A stretch of 64,000 bases of DNA from an uncultured Nitrososphaeraceae archaeon (GTDB lineage: Archaea > Thermoproteota > Nitrososphaeria > Nitrososphaerales > Nitrososphaeraceae), in NCBI GenBank assembly GCA_963729045.1, contig CAVSMN010000015.1:1-64000 (forward strand). The letters run 5' to 3'. The notes beneath the pieces are model-generated. The model saw only the letters and a program-made list of their open reading frames with translations. It was not told the origin of the DNA and searched no databases. A program made the translations under genes and the position numbers. How positions within the stretch are numbered: position 1 is the stretch's first letter; each line of letters starts with the position of its first letter. Below are positions 1 through 10,520 of the stretch, one piece after another.

Positions 1-116
1 ATTGATGTTAAAACCTATTAAGTGTTGGATTTTCTTTAGCCAGAGAGCAATATATCTTATTAATTGTCAGTAATTTAGGCATTGTAAAAATATAATTACC
101 TATTTCTTTCTATAAA

Positions 117-141
117 GTTGGATCAAATTCGACCCGGCCCA
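117..141 (+). other. degenerate tRNA 3'-half fragment (T-arm plus acceptor strand), att-like
   Basis: GTTGGATCAAATTCGACCCGGCCCA resembles an archaeal tRNA 3' end such as GTCGGTTCAAATCCGACCCGGCCCA; no 5' half upstream. Confidence 0.45.
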
Positions 142-410
142 TATTGTCAATAGTGCTTAAATTTGGCCCAGGAGAATAATAAAATATCGGAATTGAACAA
201 CTCTACTGCATTTACTTCTTTTGATACCAATCCTAGTAGTAATTATAATTCGTCCTCTTCCTCTTATTATGATCAAAAAGAAGTATTATGCAAATATTGC
301 AACAAGCGAATCAAGTAGTAATTAATCAGTTTGGCGAGTTTTATATATGCTATCTGACAAAATAAAAAATACGGCTAATGAAGATTGGAACACTACTTCA
401 TCTCATACAA

Positions 411-2112
411 TTAAAAGTTAGTTCTTACTTTTTCAACGTAATCGAACACCGTAATTTTTCCATTGCTATGAAGGTGGTGAGTGCCTTTCAATCCATTAAA
501 GAAATTTGGCTCAATCTTAAAAACCATATTTTCGGCATAATCGGTCTTGGACATATGGATGATATGATTTATTGCGGATGATTTTCCGTACATATCAAAT
601 CCATGCTGTTGTGAGACACGGTAAACTAATCCATCATCAAACAATATTCCACCCATCCTTGCATTTCACCGAATCTACAAATATTGGATTCATTGGATGC
701 GGCGTCCAATTATCCGTAAGTGGGTTATCGGAGAAGAAGACATAAAGCTCCGAGGTTATGATGACCAACGTTTGTCGGGTCAATATTTGTAAAGAGCCAC
801 CAGCTGCCATCCTTTTCGAAAATCGTCGTGTCTACGGCAGAAACATTAGACATAATAATTTTCTTCAATTTCCATTTAAGTGGAAAACTTTCGCATTCAT
901 AGAGTCTTATATCTTTGTTTTCACACGTCTCTGGACACATATAATATTTGGACTGATATTCAAAAACATATGGATATGACATATGAAACGGCTCTACTAT
1001 AGCCTCGCCAGTTTTTTCCGAATCTTTTTCTGTCAATTTGTAAACAGAAATACAGCCTCTCGACGTTCGATAATCATAGTCTTCTACAAAGCAATAATTT
1101 TCATTATCAGTGCTTACTACAAATGGATCTGCCAAAAAGTGATTGGGTGGATTTTTAATTTTAATTCCACGCCACATTACAAGATTCTTCCAATCTACAA
1201 ACTCAAAAGCAACTCCCCATCGATATGACTTCTTGAAAATGAACTTATCAAAAACTCTTTCTGCTGCGGCAAATGCTAACGAGGTGACATATTTTAATTG
1301 AACTCGTAAGTTTGGAATTTTATATAAGGGATTGTAGTAAGGGAAGGATCGTAATTTGTGCGGGAGCTCTCTGGTTGTAGCAATGTCTGAGAGAAGTTTT
1401 TTTAGATAAAAGTTTGACTTCTCATAAAGGACTGCTTGATTTAAAAGATAAAAAATTTGTGTATTTAGACGGCCTCGAAATAATACGTTTCCACCATCAA
1501 GCTCTTCTGTCAGTTGTTGAATGGTGAAGCCTGTGCCGTCTTGTTTTAAATAGACTTCCCAGAAGCCAGGTGGGCCTCCTCTGTTGATGCTGTTGTCTGC
1601 GTGATGAAATGAGATTATTCCAAATCTTGCTGAATGTAAAATCTTGCCGCGCAATATGCCAGAGCCGCATCTTACTAAAATATCTAAATCCGAGTTCTCT
1701 AATTTTCTGTATATCGTCATCTTCATAGCGATATACAAATCCAGATTTCGATATAACCGGATTGATTGAGATGCTGTTTTTAACGCAATTAGATAAATTG
1801 TATTTGGTCGAAATGATGTCTTATAGATGGTGCTGTATTTGAGTGGTAGAGATTCAACTTTTTCAATTAAAGTAAATCCGACTTGTTTCGCCAAGATAAA
1901 AGAAGCGCATTTTTCTTTAATAAAAAAAATGCTTTGTGGATTTTGCTCTGCGAGTATGGTATATTTTGTATTACTAAATGGGTCACTTCTAAATCATTTT
2001 GATTTTGTCCCCATTCAGCCAATTCATATACGTATTTTGAAGCTATTTTTGAGTCGACAATGAGAGCGATTTTTAGCTTATTGTGTGTGTGTTCTTGTAG
2101 AACATGAGTCAT
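411..2112 (-). CDS. formyltransferase-domain plus GINT1/GH43-like beta-propeller protein, split over three frames (ORFs 1867-2112, 725-1894, 411-656)
   Basis: formyltransferase motifs SFHHADNSINRGGPPGFWE and TGFTIQQLTEELDGG; propeller motifs FLADPF, HMSYPYVF, AVDTTIF, WTPHPMNPI; reading continues across the frameshifts. Confidence 0.7.
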
Positions 2113-2215
2113 TTTTAGATTTGTTGTGTATGCAATTTCGAGCTATTTTTAGATTATTGTGTGTGTGTTCTTGTAGAACATGAGTCATTTTTAGATTTGT
2201 TGTGTATGCAATTTC
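2064..2215. repeat. 76-bp direct tandem duplication, 2 copies
   Basis: 2064-2139 and 2140-2215 are nearly identical (gagc.atttttag.ttattgtgtgtgtgttcttgtagaacatgagtc...tgcaatttc). Confidence 0.95.
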
Positions 2216-2708
2216 TGTGAGAGCCATCACAAACAAATGGACGGTTATTGCTCGTAGCATTAAGGATTTTGTATTCCATTGACATAACCTCAAATTATAA
2301 TATATAGATTTAAAGATCTCCATTTGGATATTCTACATAAGATGATAAAATATTGTAAATGTTATGTATTTATATAATCATTGTTTGTAGTTTTTTCAAC
2401 AATCAACATTTTGTTTGTAAATTTAATACAGATGTACTAACCTATAACCATTTATGGGTCTTTCTTGTTGAATGCAAATATACCTTATCATCTTAAGCAA
2501 AAGATATTCAATAGAACATCCAGAACATGGTAGAACATTTGTCATGTTCTAACCTGATCAAAATATGGATAAAGGAAGGGGTAGTAATAAAAGATGATAA
2601 TCACTTTAAAATCAATGATAATTACAAATCAACATGGTCTAGAATAAGAAAACTAGTTGATACATTAGGAAATCAAATTTTAAATATACATTAGCTCTAG
2701 TATAAGGA

Positions 2709-3446
2709 ATGTCTAGCGTAAGATCTTATTTTGACCTCAATGCGCATAATCATGTTTACCATAATGATCCCCACGTATATCAGACTATAATTTCTCAGAT
2801 TTTACAAGTAAGTAATAAGAAAAAGTTCAATATTTTGGATGTTGGTTGTGGAGACGGTTCTTTTCTAAGGGGGTTAAAAGACAGGGGTATTGAAGGAGAG
2901 TTTTATGGTATTGATCTTTCCTATAGTATGTTAAAAACAGCCAGTAATAATATAAAAGATATAGATGCGAAGTTATTTGTAGCTGACGGATTCCAACTTC
3001 CAATAGTAGAAAATGCGAAGTTTGACTTGATTCATATTGACTCTGTCCTTCACCATCTTATAGGAAAAACTAGATCCGGAAGTATAAATTTGACGGCAAA
3101 TATGATACATATATTAGTAAACAGATTAAATCGCAATGGAATAATAGTTATTGAAGAAAAATATTACGATTCATACTTGTTCAAAACTTTTACAGCCGCT
3201 TGCATTTTTTACATGTTAAAATTTCTTACTATAAGCAGGTTGGACATTAGTAAAATTGTAAAAGAATTTTCAAAGGGCCTAGAAGTGTCCTTTTTACATG
3301 AACTGGAACTTATACAGATTTTAAGAAAGTATGGTATACCTCAATTGATAAATCGCAATAAGGTGAAGGTCCCATTTTCTTACAAATTACTATTGCTCAG
3401 GGATTATGGTCACATTTCTTTTATGTTAACCAAAAAAGAACAATAA
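2709..3446 (+). CDS. class I SAM-dependent methyltransferase
   Basis: ILDVGCGDG motif I, GIDLS, FDLI..DSVLHHL. Confidence 0.9.
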   Translation: MSSVRSYFDLNAHNHVYHNDPHVYQTIISQILQVSNKKKFNILDVGCGDGSFLRGLKDRGIEGEFYGIDLSYSMLKTASNNIKDIDAKLFVADGFQLPIVENAKFDLIHIDSVLHHLIGKTRSGSINLTANMIHILVNRLNRNGIIVIEEKYYDSYLFKTFTAACIFYMLKFLTISRLDISKIVKEFSKGLEVSFLHELELIQILRKYGIPQLINRNKVKVPFSYKLLLLRDYGHISFMLTKKEQ

Positions 3447-4047
3447 TGTTAGAAATGTATTGTCTTTGAGTTTGTGGGCTAAATTCAGTATTATTAGCAA
3501 ATCACTTGTTCTATTCCCTATTATTCCTATATTCTTTATTCTGATAGAATCAATCTCGTGTCTGCTGTTGACACCAAATCGAATTCATAAAATTAAGTCT
3601 TGACTATAGGATAAAATCAACTTTTCAAGCAATCTCCTGCTAGTAATAGTTAATTGCTATACACTATTGAATTAAGATACCATTCTTATAAACATTAACA
3701 GATAGGGAGTTGTCTTTTACAATCGACAGAATGAGATGGCAGGTCCGTATGACATGGGTTTAGCAACTGATTCAAACAGCGATTCCACTGATTTCTCACG
3801 AAAAATAGTAAAAAAAGGCAAAAGGATCAAAATTCATGTTCATAAAAAAGACTGTCTTTCAAAATGAATTCATTGAGGTTGATTAGACCAATCAAAAATC
3901 TTATCTTTGGTCAAAATATCTATTAGTATTATGTAAAGTATAATAATTACCTTTTTTAAGAATATATAATATAGATTTCTCGTTCCTTAGTTAGTATTGA
4001 TACATCGAATACCACTATTTTTATCCAATACTAACATTTAATGTCAT

Positions 4048-4556
4048 ATGGATATCCTATCTTCATTTTTTGAATATTCGAATACTGCATTAGGTCTTGA
4101 CCCAGGACTTGTATTGTCTATCATTCTAAAAACACTCATTATAACTGGGATTTTACTAATCATAATAAAATGGCTTGGAAGCAAAGGAGTTGGTCAATTT
4201 ACTACTTACCAGTTGATAGTGGTTTTAAGTTTTGGAAATATAGTTGGTGAAGCCATCATTAATAGTGATATATCAACAGCAGCAATGACCGCAGCGGTAG
4301 TTACGATCATAATTGTGTTTAAATTGCTGGATTATCTAGGTATAAAAATAAAAGATTAGAAAAAATAATTAATCCAGATATTATATCATTAGTTAAAGAT
4401 GGAATTATTGATAAAGAAGGGATGATAAGGGCTAGAATCGGTATAAAAGAATTTAACTCTTTTATGAGATTGGCAGGTATTAGAGACATTAACGAAATAG
4501 AGATTTCTAATTTAGAATTAAATGGTCAGATTAGTTTTATAAAGAAGGATAAATAA
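4048..4556 (+). CDS. DUF421/YetF family membrane protein, frameshift near 4350
   Basis: N-terminal TM helices with GSKGVGQFTTYQLIV; alternative frame continues LVKDGII...RLAGIRDINEIEISNLELNGQISFIKK. Confidence 0.8.
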
Positions 4557-4573
4557 GATACTTCTTTCTAGGA

Positions 4574-4810
4574 AATTTAGATTTAGACAGAACCTACACT
4601 AAAGGACTGATATCGCTCCTGAGCCACCGGCCCGATCCTTTGAATTTCCTTACGGATTTAAAAATACTTTTCACTTACACTTGCCATAACGATAGATATT
4701 ACGAACCTCAAATATGTACCGTTAACAATATAAATCCGACCCGGTGCATTTTCATCCTCTGAATGTCCATCCTATGACTGGATCTAAATTCGTGTATTAT
4801 TATTAGTCCT
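4574..4810. ncRNA. candidate structured non-coding RNA or element of unknown class
   Basis: nested complementary segments 4574-82/4782-90, 4625-30/4741-46, 4653-60/4731-38, 4687-4700/4711-24, plus 4603-12/4801-10; no ORF in the track. Confidence 0.45.
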
Positions 4811-4906
4811 GATGTTTGCAATGCTCCAATGCTCAAATTTGATCTAATCTAATCCTTCTTATAGGTATGGAGAATGTATACCTTCTGATCATACTAGTCC
4901 CGATAT

Positions 4907-5895
4907 TCATCCAATAGCATTCCATATTCTTTGTAAAGACGTATCATACCTATAGCCTGTATTAAAATGACCACCTTCAAATTCCTCATATTCGTGACTA
5001 ATACCCCGATCTCTGCACCTTTTACTGAATATTCTTGATCCTATGGACAGGTTAAATTCATCATTACTTCCACAATCAAAATACAAAAGTTTCATTTTTT
5101 TCAGATTATCTGAAAATTCATTTACTTTATTAATTGGGTCAAATTCTTTCCACAATTTCCATACATTCTCTTTGAATTCTCCTGATTCTATATCAAATGG
5201 TAAGTCTGTGTTTAATTCTGGGTTATTCAAGTTCGGCGAATAATGGGCAGCCATTGATATAATACTTAGTGTAGTAAAATCTTTTTTATCGTGTTTATTC
5301 GCCTTATTCCAAAAGTCAATAAGCCATTTTTTAGGACTCTTGTACTTTCTTAACACATCAATTGCGATCGGAAGATCTGGTAGATAACAATATTCAAACG
5401 CCGAATCAAATGAATGTGCCGCTATGGCACTAAAAATTTTTGGATTTCGCATCCCTAAGGAAAGAGCTCCAAACCCACCAGACGATTTCCCAAGAACACT
5501 CTTTTTGAAACGTTATAATTTGAATCTATGAATGGAATAATTTCATCTATAATGTAATCTTCATACCTGCCCACAGCCACGGAATTGATATATTGGCTTC
5601 CTCCTAATCTGTTAAAACAATTTATAACTACAATGATCATTTCCCCACATTTTTGATCCAGGACCAATTTCTCCAATCTCTCATGAATGGGAATCGAAAA
5701 AGGATTCCAACTAATGGCGGAATAATTATCATTTCCGAAAGAGGGTAATAAAAAAATAGCTGGATACCCTGCCGATAAACTTGCAGAGTACTTATCTGGA
5801 GTGTAAATTATTACGTCCCTTTCATACGGATCCTCTAAAGGATTATTTTTCAATATTTTACTTTCAAGTTTTAAGATGTCCGTCTTCCCGTTCAA
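4907..5895 (-). CDS. alpha/beta-hydrolase, putative esterase (Fes/XynC-like), frameshift near 5480
   Basis: two adjacent ORFs; GGSQYINS..GRYEDYI.DEIIPFID, alternative-frame GKSSGG nucleophile elbow, YFDCG.NDEF, EEFEGGH. Confidence 0.8.
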
Positions 5896-5901
5896 TTCTT
5901 T

Positions 5902-6450
5902 TTATCCATATCCGGGATATCTCTCTTTTATTTTCTTTTTGATATTTGAAGTCAATTTTTCTGATACTATGTCGTGATACGGGCTCTTTCCAATTAGGTT
6001 TTTACTAGTATATAGGAAAGGACCGTAAAGATAATCCGTACCTCTTGTCGGCACAGTTGGTTCCAAGGAATTCAACATCAAATTCAATTCCCTGTTAATG
6101 TAATCTGTATTTTTCTTGGACAACATTTCATGTTCTTCAGAAATTTTCCTAAACATATTCATAAAGACTGGAGGATCTATTTTCCTATATCCAAACGGGA
6201 TGATATCTTGATCAACGGTTTTCTTCATCTTGGTAGGATCAATATCCAATTTTGTACCCGTTATGATCGGGGAGGGTTTATAGATGGAATCAATTTTTAA
6301 TTGCCACGATTCGTCAGAATTTGTCACTGTTGCATCAAAAAAACCATCGCGGATCGAATTCGTAGATATGATGAAATTCCAATTTCTAGGGTTTTCTGAA
6401 TATTTTCTAAATATCTGCTTGGCAAGTATCTTCTCCTCTAGAATTTCCAT
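5902..6450 (-). CDS. hypothetical protein
   Basis: 182-aa ORF closely packed upstream of the esterase. Confidence 0.7.
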   Translation of the reverse strand: MEILEEKILAKQIFRKYSENPRNWNFIISTNSIRDGFFDATVTNSDESWQLKIDSIYKPSPIITGTKLDIDPTKMKKTVDQDIIPFGYRKIDPPVFMNMFRKISEEHEMLSKKNTDYINRELNLMLNSLEPTVPTRGTDYLYGPFLYTSKNLIGKSPYHDIVSEKLTSNIKKKIKERYPGYG

Positions 6451-6529
6451 AACTAAAAATAGTTAGGTATTTAATAATAGGCTTACGCTTCTTTCATCAT
6501 TCCCATGAGACTTTTTAAATTATTTGGTA

Positions 6530-7291
6530 TCAGGTTGTTGTTAGATCGTCCAATGTGGAAAAAGGTGGAAGCCTCCCTGTGATTCTAAATATTGTCGAAT
6601 TACCTTTTTTGCCATGCTCTTCTACATATTCTAATTTTCTAAATATTACTAAGGCTATTTTTCCACGCTGCCTATTATTACCACAAGCTTTTCTTTCCTT
6701 ATCTTGTAAATCCTGCAAAATAAACTCCCCATTGCTTCTTATCTTCTCATCTGATAAATCAAGACATGCCTTCCAAAGCCGTGATATAATGGATCGATTT
6801 TGTCGAAGTGATCCCAAATATAATATTTTGGAGTATTTTTGGGTTATTATTTGAGCTGCAAATTCAAGATCATCTGTTTTCCGATGATAAATATTATAAA
6901 TACTCCTTTTTTTTCGAGGACTTTCTTCTAAATTGAACCAGAAACTATACCCTTCTGGCTCGGCGTAAAATTGATTAATATTATTTGAGCCATATTGCCA
7001 TTTTTCGTCTTCAATTCCAGAAATTTTACTTAATTTCCAATTTCGATTATCGTTTAAAATCTTTTGTGCGTCAATCAGTTTTTCATAATTAACAATAAAT
7101 TTTCTTTTTTTATTTGTTTCCAACTTAAGTAGCAACCCATTATCCACAAGATTATTTAATGCAAAAATCAAATTCTCATCAAAATGTCTACCAGAAAGCT
7201 TTCTAATCTGTTCTTCAAAGAGAACGTTGTGTACTCCTTCACCAATTAAATTATATATGATCCATTTTTTCCAATCTGAGATAGAGACCAC
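6530..7291 (-). CDS. hypothetical protein, possible winged-helix domains
   Basis: 253-aa ORF, co-directional with the two downstream genes. Confidence 0.65.
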   Translation of the reverse strand: MVSISDWKKWIIYNLIGEGVHNVLFEEQIRKLSGRHFDENLIFALNNLVDNGLLLKLETNKKRKFIVNYEKLIDAQKILNDNRNWKLSKISGIEDEKWQYGSNNINQFYAEPEGYSFWFNLEESPRKKRSIYNIYHRKTDDLEFAAQIITQKYSKILYLGSLRQNRSIISRLWKACLDLSDEKIRSNGEFILQDLQDKERKACGNNRQRGKIALVIFRKLEYVEEHGKKGNSTIFRITGRLPPFSTLDDLTTT

Positions 7292-7972
7292 TCTGTACTC
7301 CTTATCCTTACCAGTACTATTGTTTTGTTACAAACATTTAATCTTTCCTAATTATAGTAATACTGATGTTACTTTATCGCCTTATTTGCTTTTGATTCTA
7401 AACTTAAAATATGTAAGTTTAAAATCCTAGATGTAATTATTATTGTTAAATAAAGTTCTTTGTAGATGGTTTTTTAATCTAATTTTATTTTTATAACACG
7501 TCTTTGATGTTATGTTATAATGCATATAAACAAACGGACTTAAAATATTTAGATCGAGTTGATATTTAGATAAAATTATTGTTAGAGGGGTTATCAAAAG
7601 TAACCTCTAAGTAGTTCAATGATTCGGGATGGTGGGAATTTGGTTAGAAATAGTGGTGAATCCAAAAAAATATTTTACCGAGCATTGAGAAATAGATAAA
7701 AAAGTGGCAATGGGGATTACTATGTGCATATTTTTGGTCTATTAAAATTCATAATGACTCAAATTTCATGATTTATACTACTGATCATGTCAAATACTAG
7801 TAAATGAAATCAGGTTCTTTTCTACGGATAGATATATTCTGATAATAGTTTAATTCATATTACTTTGTTAATTTGCATATCATTTTTTCTAGTATATCCC
7901 TTAGAATCAAAATAACTGCACTATATGGGGAAATGCAATTATAATTTATTTTGAAATAAATTACAAGTTAAG

Positions 7973-8263
7973 ATGATCTTATTTAAGAAAGTTACACTTT
8001 TGGCCATATGTGCATCATCTTTACTGTTAGTCTTAACCTTAAACGGGTCTTTCTTAAACTTCACATACTCCGAATCTCCAGTGGCATCTGATTATTATAT
8101 TAAAAAGTATGACATTAACCAAACTATTCATAATAATTGTGATTTCTTAAACCTGTGTAATGGTGATGGTGCAAAAAAATCGAGCGGAATTTCGTCTCCT
8201 GTTAGTAAAGGGATTGTAGATATTTCATACTTAAAAATTGATATAGATCTTCCATTTCCATAA
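7973..8263 (+). CDS. small secreted or membrane-anchored hypothetical protein
   Basis: N-terminal basic plus hydrophobic signal-like segment; CxxxxxC pair. Confidence 0.55.
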   Translation: MILFKKVTLLAICASSLLLVLTLNGSFLNFTYSESPVASDYYIKKYDINQTIHNNCDFLNLCNGDGAKKSSGISSPVSKGIVDISYLKIDIDLPFP

Positions 8264-8339
8264 TAAATCATAGCATTAGTTTCTCTATAAATGCAAATTA
8301 CATGAGTTCGTTAATGAAGTTTGGTTTGATTTTTTTTGA

Positions 8340-8770
8340 GAACTGGGATTAGTTTTTCTAGACTTTTTATCCCTGTGGATGCAAATGATGCTCTATGCCT
8401 TCCGCATCTAAATGAGCTAACATCATCCTCTTACCCCATCATCATTAAGAATTAGGCAAGCAACCTGTGTTTTTCTCGGATGTTTTGTGCGATGTTGATT
8501 CCTACCCACAAAGCTTTAGACCTCTGTATTTTTCATAAATAAGATAATGATTTTCATCCAATTTCTTAATCATCTTGGTCACGCTTGGTGAACTTTTATT
8601 TAGATACTTCAAAATATCTGCTGTAGTTACATATCCTCTCTGCTGGATTAATTCATAAATCACCCAAGTAATCTTCCATTCTATTTGTTCTTATTTCATC
8701 CTCTTTCTTTTTGTTATGTGCTTTACGAATAAGGTCGAGTCTATCCTCTCTATTTTTCTTATCCTCTTTG
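8340..8770 (-). pseudogene. DtxR/MntR family metal-dependent repressor remnant
   Basis: reverse strand reads RMEDYL/VIYELIQQRGYVTTADILKYLNKSSPSVTKMIKKLDENHYLIYEKYRGLKL/REKHRLLA*FL/DAEGIEHHLHP, with several shifts and stops; ends approximate. Confidence 0.8.
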
Positions 8771-8993
8771 AAAGTGCAATCATCATCAGATAGATATCTT
8801 GAATTGATGTGCGTATAGAATAATTCTTTCCTTAATTCTTGAATTCAACTTGTCCGGTTAATCAATTGAATTATCCTGTCTGCTACATCCAGCTCCTATA
8901 TACTATATTTCTAGGGTGTCAACAAAAAAGTTTTATAAACTGTGGACCTAAAATTCAAATATTAATAAGAAAAAAGTCAACAAGAAAAAAAGA

Positions 8994-9284
8994 TTGGATG
9001 CCCTAAATGTGTATACTGATGCAGAAGTTGATTATTTTATTGACACGATAAAGGATGTAAAGCCATTTCCCAAGTTAAGAAATTTGAGGAAGCTACTGTC
9101 TCCTACGCTATCATTGGACAAAATTAACGCCATTCTAAAATATCTTGAACGATCTAAGCAGATATTAGTAGATTTGGATGGAAATATTGTTTGGATAAAA
9201 AATAGTAATGTGAAAGAGGCTTCAAATCTGTCGGAAACTGCTAATTTTTCCAAAGAATTCCTAGAACAATTTGGTAAATTATAG
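8994..9284 (+). CDS. hypothetical protein, winged-helix-like
   Basis: 96-aa ORF with KINAILKYLERSKQILVDLDGNIVW. Confidence 0.65.
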   Translation: MDALNVYTDAEVDYFIDTIKDVKPFPKLRNLRKLLSPTLSLDKINAILKYLERSKQILVDLDGNIVWIKNSNVKEASNLSETANFSKEFLEQFGKL

Positions 9285-9344
9285 ATTCATAGAATTAATA
9301 TTTATAAATATTTAAATCACGTATATTCGTAAATTAATACAAAC

Positions 9345-10334
9345 ATGGTAGATTTTTTTAAATCTAAACGAAATAGGCGAATTACACCAGATGGGGAACC
9401 ACTGGAAGATGTAGGCGGTGGAGGAGGATTTGGTTTCTCTAGTCCATTAAAAATAGCTATACCTGCAATAATTGCTATTATTATTATTTTTGTTGTCTTG
9501 ACCTCTAGTTTGAAGATTGTTGAGGCTGGTAACCGTGGTGTATTACTAAAATTCGGTGCAGTTGATACCTCGGTATCTTTAAGCGAAGGATTACATTTCG
9601 TATTACCGTTCAGGGATTCCATAGTGCCAATGGAAGTCCGAACCCAAAAGATTGTTGAAAGCACCACTTCAGCTTCAAAAGATCTTCAAAATGTGGCGAC
9701 TGAAGTCGCGTTGAATTATCGAATCAATCCCGACACTGTTCCAATTTTGTATAAGGAGATAGGTCTTGATTATTCTAACAGGGTTATAGTGCCAACTATT
9801 CAGGAGTCTGTTAAGCAAGTAACTGCTAGATATAATGCAGAAGAATTGATTACTAAAAGAGATCAGGTGAAATCTGAAATAGAGGAACAAATTGAGGCTA
9901 GATTGACTCCTTACAATATTATTATGGACACAATATCTATCACTGACTTCCAATTTTCAGATCAATTCGTTCAAGCAGTGGAAGCTAAGGTCCAGGCCGA
10001 ACAACGTGCACTCCAGGCTCAAAATGAACTACGAAGAATACAAATCGAAGCCCAACAAACTGAAGCTAGGGCATTAGGTGAACAGAAAGCAAATATAGCG
10101 AATGCAGAAGGTCTCCGACAAGCAAATATATTAAAAGCACAAGGTGAATCTGAAGCCATAAAGATTATAGACGTTCAGCTTCAAAATAGCAGTACATACT
10201 TAGATTGGTTGAAGACTCAAAGATGGGATGGAAAACTTCCATTAGTAACGGGAAGCAGCGGTGGTGCAGGTGGCGGTAGTGACGTTGGTGCTATTCCATT
10301 TATAGAAATCCCATTGGGTTCAAAAGCTGAATAA
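9345..10334 (+). CDS. prohibitin/SPFH (band 7) family membrane protein
   Basis: single TM then GVLLKFGAV, EGLHFVLP, SKDLQNV, AVEAKVQAEQ coiled coil, WDGKLP. Confidence 0.93.
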   Translation: MVDFFKSKRNRRITPDGEPLEDVGGGGGFGFSSPLKIAIPAIIAIIIIFVVLTSSLKIVEAGNRGVLLKFGAVDTSVSLSEGLHFVLPFRDSIVPMEVRTQKIVESTTSASKDLQNVATEVALNYRINPDTVPILYKEIGLDYSNRVIVPTIQESVKQVTARYNAEELITKRDQVKSEIEEQIEARLTPYNIIMDTISITDFQFSDQFVQAVEAKVQAEQRALQAQNELRRIQIEAQQTEARALGEQKANIANAEGLRQANILKAQGESEAIKIIDVQLQNSSTYLDWLKTQRWDGKLPLVTGSSGGAGGGSDVGAIPFIEIPLGSKAE

Positions 10335-10520
10335 CAGCTGAATCAGCACATAACTCTACATTGAATTCGACCCGATAATTTTTCCTAAATAGGTACCATT
10401 CTACCTATTTACAATTTTATGCTCTACATAAAGTTACATTATTCATGAGTCATGATTTTTTCTAATAATCTATCATTTTACCCTTTCAAACAAAAAAGAA
10501 AACGCTTATAATCCTAGGAC

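Noticed and set aside
4574..4900. RNase P RNA or group I intron identity for the structured segment
   Set aside because: Only partial look-alikes (GACAGAACC; minus-strand GATATCAGTCC and GGACTA). The P4 or P/Q elements are not found in the right order, so it is left unclassified
7582..7610. Imperfect palindrome TAGAGGGGTTATCAAAAGTAACCTCTA
   Set aside because: Single occurrence in AT-rich intergenic DNA; it could be an operator but nothing else supports that
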